This document shows positions 45,032-52,591 of a stretch of 64,000 bases of DNA, piece by piece. The translations under genes were made by a program, and so were the position numbers. Location of the stretch: NCBI GenBank assembly GCA_937874465.1, contig CALNAX010000069.1, forward strand, positions 8,669 through 72,668. Reading direction: 5' to 3'. The notes beneath the pieces are model-generated. The model was given only the letters and a program-made list of their open reading frames with translations. It did no database searches and was not told where the DNA came from. Position 1 is the stretch's first letter, and each line of letters begins with the position of its first letter. The stretch comes from an uncultured Bacillales bacterium (GTDB taxonomy: Bacteria > Bacillota_I > Bacilli_A > RFN20 > CAG-288).

Positions 45032-45564
45032 GGAACCACGACCGGGGCGAGCCGGTCGTCTTCGATCCCCGCTTGATGCGGGAAGGGGACAAGGAGACCG
45101 ACATCTACCAGATGGTGTTGACCCCCGCCGAGCAGTCGGCGGCCCCGGCCGTGATCCACTTGAAGGGCCAAAGCGTCAAGGTGATATGCAAGGTCGATCG
45201 GACCCCCGATTGCTTCCTGATGGACATGGAGGTGAGAAGCGCGGTAACCATGCTGGACGACCATGACCTCAAGCCCAAGAAGACCCAGCTGGCCGAACAG
45301 GCCGACTTGGCCCTCTCCGCCGACAAGGACATGGCCGACATCCTGCCCGACCGCAATGGCACCTATGACCTTAGGCCTACGGCCCTGGCCCTGTTCTATT
45401 CCTCGGTGCCGACCACCTTCTCCACCGTGGGCCTGACCAAGGTCGAGGGGGAGGGCTTCGAGATCCTTTCCCAAGCCGAATACGACAAGGAGGAGGCCCA
45501 AAGGGAAGAGGAACGTCGCAAGGACGACAATCCCTTCGCCAAGGCCTTCGGGAAGGGAAAGTAG
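45010..45564 (+). CDS. possible DUF177/YceD-like protein (tentative)
   Basis: 184 aa from ATG 45010 (GGAGGA RBS), overlapping the thyX end by 22 nt. The acidic C-terminus and ...GTYDLRPTALALFYSSVP resemble the YceD iDL.p...e.l.l.lP region. It lacks the usual Cys pairs. Confidence 0.4.
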   Translation: MSKERPVRNHDRGEPVVFDPRLMREGDKETDIYQMVLTPAEQSAAPAVIHLKGQSVKVICKVDRTPDCFLMDMEVRSAVTMLDDHDLKPKKTQLAEQADLALSADKDMADILPDRNGTYDLRPTALALFYSSVPTTFSTVGLTKVEGEGFEILSQAEYDKEEAQREEERRKDDNPFAKAFGKGK

Positions 45565-45589
45565 CAGGTTCGGCCACGCCGTGTCGTAA

Positions 45590-45613
45590 GGTCCTCCTTG
45601 GAGGGCCTTTTTT
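45590..45613 (+). terminator. intrinsic terminator
   Basis: GGTCCTCC-tt-GGAGGGCC (one G-U pair) followed by TTTTTT. Confidence 0.8.
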
Positions 45614-45687
45614 CGTGTCCTTAGGGATGGCAGGACCCGTTTGCCGCCTTGCGACGGTGGTACTGAGGCTTTGTTTTCAAAAAGATT

Positions 45688-45732
45688 TTGTATCAACGTG
45701 GTCCGTAGTGGTATATTGTGGTCGTCAGTGGG
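45688..45732 (+). promoter_or_regulatory. mraZ promoter with four phased MraZ-box-like direct repeats
   Basis: TTGTAT (45688), an 18-nt spacer, then TATATT (45712). GTGGT at 45698, 45708 and 45718 and GTGGG at 45728, spaced exactly 10 nt apart. Confidence 0.65.
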
Positions 45733-45750
45733 AATTGGGAGGCGCTAGGA

Positions 45751-46191
45751 ATGTTCCTTGGATCGTCTGAGCACACGCTCGATGACAAGCTACGTCTGGT
45801 CCTTCCCAAAAAGGACCGGGAGGTTTTCGGTTCCAAGGCCGTGGTGGCCTGGGACTACGATGGCAACTTGGCCCTGTTCACGCTGACAGGCTTCCAATCC
45901 CGGGCCAGGCAGATCGAGTCCCTTTCGGATTTCGACCAGTCGGCCCGGGCCCTGAAGCGGACGTTCTTCGGCAAGTCGCTGGAGCTCGACATCGATAGCC
46001 ACGGCCGGGTGAACCTACCCAAATACCTTTTGGACAAGGCCGGCATCGTCAAGGAAGTCACCTTGGTGGGCGTGGTCGACAGGATCGAGCTTTGGGACAG
46101 CGCCAAGTACGAGGCCGTTTCCAAGGCCGAGGAGAAGGATTACCCATGTCTGGCACAGAAAATGCTAACTGGAACCCCGGATGCGAAGTGA
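45751..46191 (+). CDS. mraZ: transcriptional regulator MraZ
   Basis: Two SpoVT/AbrB-like repeats: LDDKLRLVLPKK and DSHGRVNLPKYL. ATG 45751 follows GGGAGG. Confidence 0.93.
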   Translation: MFLGSSEHTLDDKLRLVLPKKDREVFGSKAVVAWDYDGNLALFTLTGFQSRARQIESLSDFDQSARALKRTFFGKSLELDIDSHGRVNLPKYLLDKAGIVKEVTLVGVVDRIELWDSAKYEAVSKAEEKDYPCLAQKMLTGTPDAK

Positions 46192-47138
46192 CGGAGTACA
46201 ACGTCCATATCCCGGTGATGCTTACCGAGGTTCTCTCCTATCTTCGTAAGGACGTTCCCGATTACGTGGTGGTCGACATGACCATCGGGAGGGCCGGGCA
46301 TGCGGCAAACATCCTCAGCACCTTGGGCGCCAACTGTTTCCTCTACGGTTTCGACAGGGACATCGATGCCATCGACTATTCCCAGAAGAAACTCGGCAAG
46401 TACGGTTCCAACTTCAAGCTGTTCAAGGACCGCTTCTCCGATGCCATACGTCTCCTAAGGTCCAATGGCGTCAAGGGAGCCGACTTCATCCTCTTCGACA
46501 TCGGGGTCTCCTCCCCCCAGTTCGACGATCCGGAGAGGGGCTTCTCCTATCGCTTCGATGCGCCTTTGGACATGCGGATGGATCAGGGGCAGAAACTCAC
46601 GGCCCGGATGGTCGTGAACGACTACTCCCCGGCCGATCTGGAGAGGATCCTCAGGGACTATGGGGGCGAGACGTTTGCCCGGCCTATCGCCGAGGCGATA
46701 GTCAAGGCCCGCAAGGAGAAGCCCATCGCGACCACCTTCGAATTGGTGGACGTGATCAAGGGCGCCCTTCCCGAACGGATCCTCCACCATAAGGGCCATC
46801 CCGCCAAGAAGGCGTTCATGGCGATAAGGTACGAGGTCAACGACGAGAGGAAGGAACTGGAAAGGGCCCTCAACGACTCGATAAGGTTCCTTAACCTCGG
46901 CGGCAGGGTATGCGTCATCACCTTCAATTCCGACGAAGACGCCTTGGTCAAGAAGACCTTCCAGTCCTATTGCCCCCAAAGCGTCATCTCCCGGTTCTTG
47001 CCGCCTCTGCCTGGCGAGGGCCAACAGGAGTACCGGATCCTTACCCACAAACCGGTAAAGCCGTCCAAGGCAGAAGAAGAAGTCAATCCCCGGGCCGAAT
47101 CAGCATTGATGCGGGTCCTGGAAAGGAGTGGGGTATGA
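46146..47138 (+). CDS. rsmH: 16S rRNA (cytosine1402-N4)-methyltransferase RsmH
   Basis: HIPVMLTEVL, DMTIGRAGHA and DIGVSSPQFDDPERGFSY. ATG 46146 overlaps mraZ by 46 nt. An in-frame GTG at 46188 (a GTGA overlap with the mraZ stop) is an equally plausible start. Confidence 0.92.
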   Translation: MSGTENANWNPGCEVTEYNVHIPVMLTEVLSYLRKDVPDYVVVDMTIGRAGHAANILSTLGANCFLYGFDRDIDAIDYSQKKLGKYGSNFKLFKDRFSDAIRLLRSNGVKGADFILFDIGVSSPQFDDPERGFSYRFDAPLDMRMDQGQKLTARMVVNDYSPADLERILRDYGGETFARPIAEAIVKARKEKPIATTFELVDVIKGALPERILHHKGHPAKKAFMAIRYEVNDERKELERALNDSIRFLNLGGRVCVITFNSDEDALVKKTFQSYCPQSVISRFLPPLPGEGQQEYRILTHKPVKPSKAEEEVNPRAESALMRVLERSGV

Positions 47139-47359
47139 GCAAGTACGTAATCCTGAAGAAGAACGATCGCGAGAAGGAGCCCAAGAAGGTCCGCAATCGG
47201 ATCCTGACGTTGGTGGGTGCCTTGTTCGTGGTGGCCAGCGTGGCCTGCACGGCGGCTTTCGTTCCCTTGGCCGTCAGCGAGGCCAACCAAGCCCAAGAAG
47301 CAGAAGCCTATACCCAGCCGGAAAACAGCGATGGGAAAACCATCGTCGTCTTCAGGTGA
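47135..47359 (+). CDS. small bitopic membrane protein in the FtsL position
   Basis: 74 aa: MSKYVILKKNDREKEPKKVRNRILTLVGALFVVASVACTAAFVPLAV... ATGA overlap with the rsmH stop; GGAAAGGAG RBS. Confidence 0.45.
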   Translation: MSKYVILKKNDREKEPKKVRNRILTLVGALFVVASVACTAAFVPLAVSEANQAQEAEAYTQPENSDGKTIVVFR

Positions 47360-47417
47360 CTTCCCTTAACAAATAGCCAATAATTACCGACACGGTTTCA
47401 GAATATTCCTTTACGTT

Positions 47418-47437
47418 GCCCCGAAAGGGGCTTTTTT
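47418..47437 (+). terminator. intrinsic terminator ending the mraZ operon
   Basis: GCCCC-gaaa-GGGGC followed by TTTTTT. Confidence 0.8.
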
Positions 47438-47445
47438 CGTGGTCC

Positions 47446-47518
47446 TTTTCCGACTACTGCCAAAGCTTTGCTAGTGGGAGCGCTTACTGCTTTTGCCACC
47501 CGCTGCCTAGTCGGAAAA
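47446..47518. repeat. perfect 11-bp inverted repeat with a 51-nt spacer
   Basis: TTTTCCGACTA (47446-47456) and TAGTCGGAAAA (47508-47518), in the 5' region of the lipoprotein gene. Confidence 0.6.
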
Positions 47519-47582
47519 TACCCATGACGATAAGTCCCCCTTAGGCGCTCGGATGGGCCTCCCCCTAAAACGGAGGTTTTGT

Positions 47583-49379
47583 ATGCAAAGGTCTTTCACC
47601 TTGTCGGGATTGGCCGCACTAGCAGTTTTGTTGGTTTCGTGCGGGTCGGGGTCGGAATCCCCCTTTTCTTCATCACCGGCAACCAGTTCGTCGGCGGGCT
47701 CGAGTTCCGAATCCGGTTCGGCCTTCACAAGCTCAGATTCCCTTGGAATGGACCCCTCTTCGTCGGGTACGTCCTCTTCCAGTGCCTCCCAAACGGACAT
47801 GGGGGCTTCGAGCATCAGCCAGGCCTTGGCCGGGGAAGAGGGCCAGAGCTGGACCATCGAGGGAACCGTGACCGAAATCCTCTATAGCAGCAGGGGCAGC
47901 ATCGCCCAAATATGGGTCTTCGATGGGACTGGGGGTATAGACCTATACAACGAGTCCGGCCTCCCTGATGTCGCAATCGGCAACGGGATCGTGGTTCTAG
48001 GGACCTATTCGATCTACAAGAACACCCCCGAACTGGAGGATGCAACCATCCTTTCTAACGATGGGATGACGTCTTTGACTCTGGATGATTCATGGATTGT
48101 CGATTCGACCGTTACCGACATCAAGGAACTGGCCGATAGCCCCGTCGGACAGATATTCCGGGTCCAGGCCATCATAGGCAAAGATGACAACTACGGGACT
48201 TATTACCTGAATGAGGTCGTCGGGGACGAATCCCTTCAGGCGTATTCCCAGAGCAGCTATAGTGAGTACGCCTTCCTGGACCAATATGTCGGAGAGGATG
48301 TCACCATCGTCTTCCAGGTCGGTACGCCCAAGGTTTCGAATGGCAACGAGATCACCCGCGTGATGCCTTTGTACGTGGAAAGCGTCATTACAAAGGAGGA
48401 CGAACAGGCGGAAGTGGATGCGTCCGTGAAGGAGGGGCTTAGGAAGGCCAACCTGGTCTTCTTCGGGCCGGGGAAGATCACCCTTCCGGGTACAAGCCAG
48501 TCATTGGAGGGGGCGACTTTCACCTATGGGGTATCGGACGAGGCGGCGGCCGTTGTTACCGAAAGGGAAGATGGGGATTACCAGGTCGACGTCTTGGGTA
48601 CCGCAGGCTTCACCATCAAGGCCACGTTGACCTATGGGAGCTTCGCCGCCACGGACCAGGCCCAGGTGGAGATAAGGGAAAAGCCGACCTTTTCGGCCAA
48701 CGATACCATCGAAAACCTCAGGCAAGAGGCCACTACGGGAGAAACGGTGACCATCGTCGGGGTGGTGGTCGGGGGCGTATTTGGCAACGGCAACGACGGA
48801 TACCGCTACAACGACTACTACGTGGCGGATTCTTCCGGTACCATCGAGGTTTACCTGACCGCGGACCAAGCTGGGAAGTTTGCCTTGGAAAAAGGGGAAC
48901 AGGTGGCTCTAACAGGGACCTGGGACATCTACGAAGGCGCGGCCAACACCAAGTCGGTGGAAGGGGCGACCGTGATATGGCATGATTCGGCTACTAACGA
49001 CCTGCCTTTGACCATCCCAAGCAGGGACTTTTCCTGGATGATCGACTACCAAGTCGATAGCCAGGACAACCGAAGCGGAGACGTTTTCTACATGGAGACA
49101 ATAGTGAAGAAGGTCGAGACGACCTACGGGACAGCCTATTATGCTTTCAGCCCGGATGCCACTTCCTTCGACACCTCGGACAAGACGGCGGCCAAGAACA
49201 TCTACAAGGCGAGCGGAGCCGACCTTTCGTATCTTGACCCCTGGCTGGACGGGAAGGTGACGGTCCTTATGGGCATCCACGACAAGAAGGCCGGCTACGA
49301 CGACAACGGAGAGGCCGAAAACGCCACGGGCGGCTATTATCGCTACGACATCATCCCGGGCTATTTCGCGCTGGACTGA
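47583..49379 (+). CDS. surface lipoprotein with a Ser-rich linker and two OB-fold-like modules
   Basis: MQRSFTLSGLAALAVLLVSCGSGS carries a lipobox (LLVSC). It is followed by about 60 aa of Ser-rich low-complexity sequence. Two T.xG.V....(F/V).D..G.I..Y segments follow. ATG 47583 follows GGAGG. Confidence 0.7.
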   Translation: MQRSFTLSGLAALAVLLVSCGSGSESPFSSSPATSSSAGSSSESGSAFTSSDSLGMDPSSSGTSSSSASQTDMGASSISQALAGEEGQSWTIEGTVTEILYSSRGSIAQIWVFDGTGGIDLYNESGLPDVAIGNGIVVLGTYSIYKNTPELEDATILSNDGMTSLTLDDSWIVDSTVTDIKELADSPVGQIFRVQAIIGKDDNYGTYYLNEVVGDESLQAYSQSSYSEYAFLDQYVGEDVTIVFQVGTPKVSNGNEITRVMPLYVESVITKEDEQAEVDASVKEGLRKANLVFFGPGKITLPGTSQSLEGATFTYGVSDEAAAVVTEREDGDYQVDVLGTAGFTIKATLTYGSFAATDQAQVEIREKPTFSANDTIENLRQEATTGETVTIVGVVVGGVFGNGNDGYRYNDYYVADSSGTIEVYLTADQAGKFALEKGEQVALTGTWDIYEGAANTKSVEGATVIWHDSATNDLPLTIPSRDFSWMIDYQVDSQDNRSGDVFYMETIVKKVETTYGTAYYAFSPDATSFDTSDKTAAKNIYKASGADLSYLDPWLDGKVTVLMGIHDKKAGYDDNGEAENATGGYYRYDIIPGYFALD

Positions 49380-49445
49380 AGAACAGATTCCGGAAGCCGC
49401 CTTTTTTCCCGACCTGCTTTTTCAGCGGATGTTTGCGAGCGACAA

Positions 49446-52400
49446 CTAGTCCCGCATCAGGATCAGGTCCTTGATGTACTCGTAGGACTTTACCAGGGAG
49501 TTGGGTATGACCAAAAGCCTTATGCCATGGCTTTGGCAGATGGCGGCTTTGCGGCGGTCGAGGCTCTCCCGGTGTGGGTCACCCATATGCTCGCCACCGT
49601 CGATCTCGATGGCGATGGCGGCAAGCTTGGGGTCCTTGATTATTGCGCCTGTCCGGTAAAGGACCAAATCGAATTCCTGTCGGGATCTGGAAAGGAGGGC
49701 ATCGGCGGGGAACAGGGAGGACAGAGGGACGTTGCGCCTGGCCTTGTAGTCGTCGTGCACGGAGCAGAACTGGCAGATGGTCTGGAAGAAGTAGTCCTCA
49801 TTCAGGCTTCCGTTCGATTTCCCGATGACGTTGGACTTCTTCTCGCTCTCCTCAATCCGGATGTTGCCATTGGAAGCGACGTAATCAACCAATTTCTTCA
49901 AATCGTCATGTCCCTGGGAAATCGCTTGGGAATGGAGGTCTATGGCCTGGCGGTCGGCATAGACGACCAGCTTCTGCTTGGCCCGGGTCACCGCCACGTT
50001 AATAAGCTCCTGGTTGTCCATCAGCCAGCGGTAGGTCATCCTGCTGGTCTTGGGGGAGATGGCCGTCGAGAGGATCACGGTCTTGGCCTCCCCGCCCTGC
50101 ATGGAATGGATGGTCTCCGCACGAATGCCGTTGAGCCCGGCGGCGTCGAGCCTTTGGTTTATGAGGTCGCGCTGGTTGCGGAAAGGGGTGAGAATCACGG
50201 TGTCTTCGTAGCCGTTGCGTCTTAAGTAACTGACGATACCGTCGGCTTCGGCGGCGAAGCCGTTGCGGGAAGAACCCGCCTCGTTCTTGACCAGGGCGAG
50301 TTCCAGAATGCCTTCGTTTTTGATTTTCCCTAGGTTAAGCTGGCTGCGGTAGTAGAGGGCGTTGGAGAATTGGATGATCCTGCGGCCGCACCGGTAATGG
50401 TAGGAAAGGAAGACGCGCTTTGAGATGTTGTCGTGCGACTCCATGACCGAGAGGATCGAATTTTCGCAGTAGCCATAGGAGGGATCGACCCCTAAACGAG
50501 AGGCGATCTTCTCCCCGGTAGCCTTGTCCAACAAGACGACCGGCCTCAACTGGTTCATGTCGCCCACCAAGAGCAAGGAATCGGCCCTGGCGATGGGAAG
50601 TAGGGCATGGGCCTCGTTGCATTGGCCTGCCTCGTCCATTATCGCCAAATCGAAGATTGGTTTTCCGCTTCCCAACTTTCCTGCCGAGATGTTGGTTGTG
50701 AAGACAATCGGGAACACCGTGAGTAGGGTCTTTACGTTTTCATCGAAGCTGAGCCATCTTGCGAATTCCCTTACCCGCTGGTCATTGTCCTCTATGTCGC
50801 ATATCGAAAGGAGGGAGCCAAACTTCGGCTGCTTGATACGCAACAGGTAGCGGAGCGACTCGAAGGAGAGGTATTGCAAAAAGTCGTTGTCCTCAAAAGC
50901 CGGCCTGAACAATCCGATGACTTCCTGGTTGGTCACCTTGGGGAGTCTTTCAAGCTTAGCTTCCAATTCCCCATCCACATCCCTGACCTTCTTTGCGAAC
51001 GTGGAGGAGGAATCGGTTTTGCCTTCTAACTTCCGGATGGTTCCCAGTCGACTCCCTAGTTCGCTACGCGCCTCATAGTTCGCCAGGAGTTGGACGAGCT
51101 TGCGGTTGGTGGCCATGCTTTCTTCCTTCCGGGCCTTTAAAAGGTTGTCTATGGGGACCCGGGTCTCCTTCTGGCTGCGGACGAAGATTTCCTTGATCCG
51201 ATCCAAGGCCTTCCCCATCTCGGCGGAATTGCCCAAGCGGAGATATGGGAAATCGATGGGCCGGCCACGGTATTGGAAATTCAGAAGGCCAACGATGCCA
51301 TCGACGGGCCTGTTGTTGCCCGAGCACACCAAGACCGTCTTGCCGTTGAAGAAGGCGCTTAGGACGACGTTCAAAAGCGTCTGGGTCTTTCCCGTGCCAG
51401 GAGGGCCCTCGACATAGGTGACCGGTTGGCTCATGGCGTTGAAGAGGACCCGCATCTGGTCGATGTTGATGCGCCTGTCGTAGATGACTATGGCCGGGAT
51501 GGTGCGCCTAAGGTTCCTGGTGGAGATGTTGCCGAAGAAGGCCTTGAGCGGAACCGGGAGGGTGTTGTCCAGGTATTCGGCCGCTATCTGCGCGAAGGTG
51601 GGAGCCAGGGAAACGGAGAAATCGTGTTCGATGATGAGGATTCGGGGCTGGGTGTTTATCTTTCCGGAGCTCAGATGGGCCCGGATGATCTCTTCCCCGG
51701 CCCGGGGATCCTCTTTGTAAAGGGCTATGAACTCGTCAACGTCCATCTCGGTAAGGTAAAAGAGGGAGAGGGAACGAGCCTTGCCAATCGCTTTTCCCTC
51801 GGTGAAGGACTTGTTGAAGCGGAGTTCCTTTCCCATGGCCAAGGTATGGCCCTTGGGATTGAAGCCAAGTTCCCGATAGGCCAAGACATATTGCTGGTCC
51901 CCCCTGTCTATGGCCAAGACGGAGAGGGCCAGAGTCGAAAAGGCCAGCTTCGATTTGCGGAGGTCATAGTGGTAGATGTCAGCCACCATCACTGCCTGTT
52001 GCTCCTTGGTAAGCGTCAGGGAGCGTTTGGCCGCAAGGACACCGAGGTCGATTCCCGGAATCATTAGACCGGCCTTCTGGTATGGGCTCGAATCAAGTTT
52101 GCTGCATTCCTTCAGGTAGTTGAGGATGTTGATGTCGAAGGAATCGAAGTCGAGCCACAGGAAAAGGTCCCGGTCCCTCTCTATCTTCGCAATCAGCGCC
52201 TGGTTCTCGTGACCGTAGGTGAACTCGAGGGCCTTGGCGGCGGTGATCCTTTCGAAGCTGATGTTGGCAGGGGTCGGATCGGGGGCCTTGCCGATGTTGA
52301 ACATCAAGACCGAGAGCCGGTGGCTCAGGCCGTCGATGTCCTCCACGTATATCCAATAATCGGTGTGTCCCGATGCCTTGCCGTCATAGCCGATGGCAAT

Positions 52401-52451
52401 CCACTTGGACTCCTTGATCCCCTTGGAAATCTCCTTTGCTATCCGATTCAT
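49446..52451 (-). CDS. SF1 (Upf1/DNA2-type, AAA_11/AAA_12-like) helicase fused to a C-terminal Vsr/DUF2726-like nuclease fold, with an unassigned N-terminal region
   Basis: VEGPPGTGKTQT, AIMDEAGQ, LLVGDMNQLRPVV, LSYHYRCGRRI, TIHSMQGGEAKTVILS and VAVTRAKQKLVVY. C-terminal EFDLVLY..AIAIEIDGGEHMGDPHRESLDRRKAAICQSHGIRLLVIP. The track start at 52541 is TTG. ATG candidates are 52472 and 52451; 52451 has the AAGGAAAGA RBS. Confidence 0.85.
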   Translation of the reverse strand: MNRIAKEISKGIKESKWIAIGYDGKASGHTDYWIYVEDIDGLSHRLSVLMFNIGKAPDPTPANISFERITAAKALEFTYGHENQALIAKIERDRDLFLWLDFDSFDINILNYLKECSKLDSSPYQKAGLMIPGIDLGVLAAKRSLTLTKEQQAVMVADIYHYDLRKSKLAFSTLALSVLAIDRGDQQYVLAYRELGFNPKGHTLAMGKELRFNKSFTEGKAIGKARSLSLFYLTEMDVDEFIALYKEDPRAGEEIIRAHLSSGKINTQPRILIIEHDFSVSLAPTFAQIAAEYLDNTLPVPLKAFFGNISTRNLRRTIPAIVIYDRRINIDQMRVLFNAMSQPVTYVEGPPGTGKTQTLLNVVLSAFFNGKTVLVCSGNNRPVDGIVGLLNFQYRGRPIDFPYLRLGNSAEMGKALDRIKEIFVRSQKETRVPIDNLLKARKEESMATNRKLVQLLANYEARSELGSRLGTIRKLEGKTDSSSTFAKKVRDVDGELEAKLERLPKVTNQEVIGLFRPAFEDNDFLQYLSFESLRYLLRIKQPKFGSLLSICDIEDNDQRVREFARWLSFDENVKTLLTVFPIVFTTNISAGKLGSGKPIFDLAIMDEAGQCNEAHALLPIARADSLLLVGDMNQLRPVVLLDKATGEKIASRLGVDPSYGYCENSILSVMESHDNISKRVFLSYHYRCGRRIIQFSNALYYRSQLNLGKIKNEGILELALVKNEAGSSRNGFAAEADGIVSYLRRNGYEDTVILTPFRNQRDLINQRLDAAGLNGIRAETIHSMQGGEAKTVILSTAISPKTSRMTYRWLMDNQELINVAVTRAKQKLVVYADRQAIDLHSQAISQGHDDLKKLVDYVASNGNIRIEESEKKSNVIGKSNGSLNEDYFFQTICQFCSVHDDYKARRNVPLSSLFPADALLSRSRQEFDLVLYRTGAIIKDPKLAAIAIEIDGGEHMGDPHRESLDRRKAAICQSHGIRLLVIPNSLVKSYEYIKDLILMRD

Positions 52452-52542
52452 TCTTTCCTTAGGGAATAGCATAGTTTCAAAGGCGAATGATTTAAAGAGC
52501 GGAAATGGCCAATCGCCATAGCATTTATTGGTCAAAGCCAAT

Positions 52543-52571
52543 TTGAAAAAATGGACTTACGAAAGTATAAT
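52543..52571 (+). promoter_or_regulatory. promoter of the KdgT-like permease gene
   Basis: TTGAAA (52543-52548), a 17-nt spacer, then TATAAT (52566-52571). Confidence 0.6.
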
Positions 52572-52591
52572 CGCTGGAAAAAGGAATCGTT

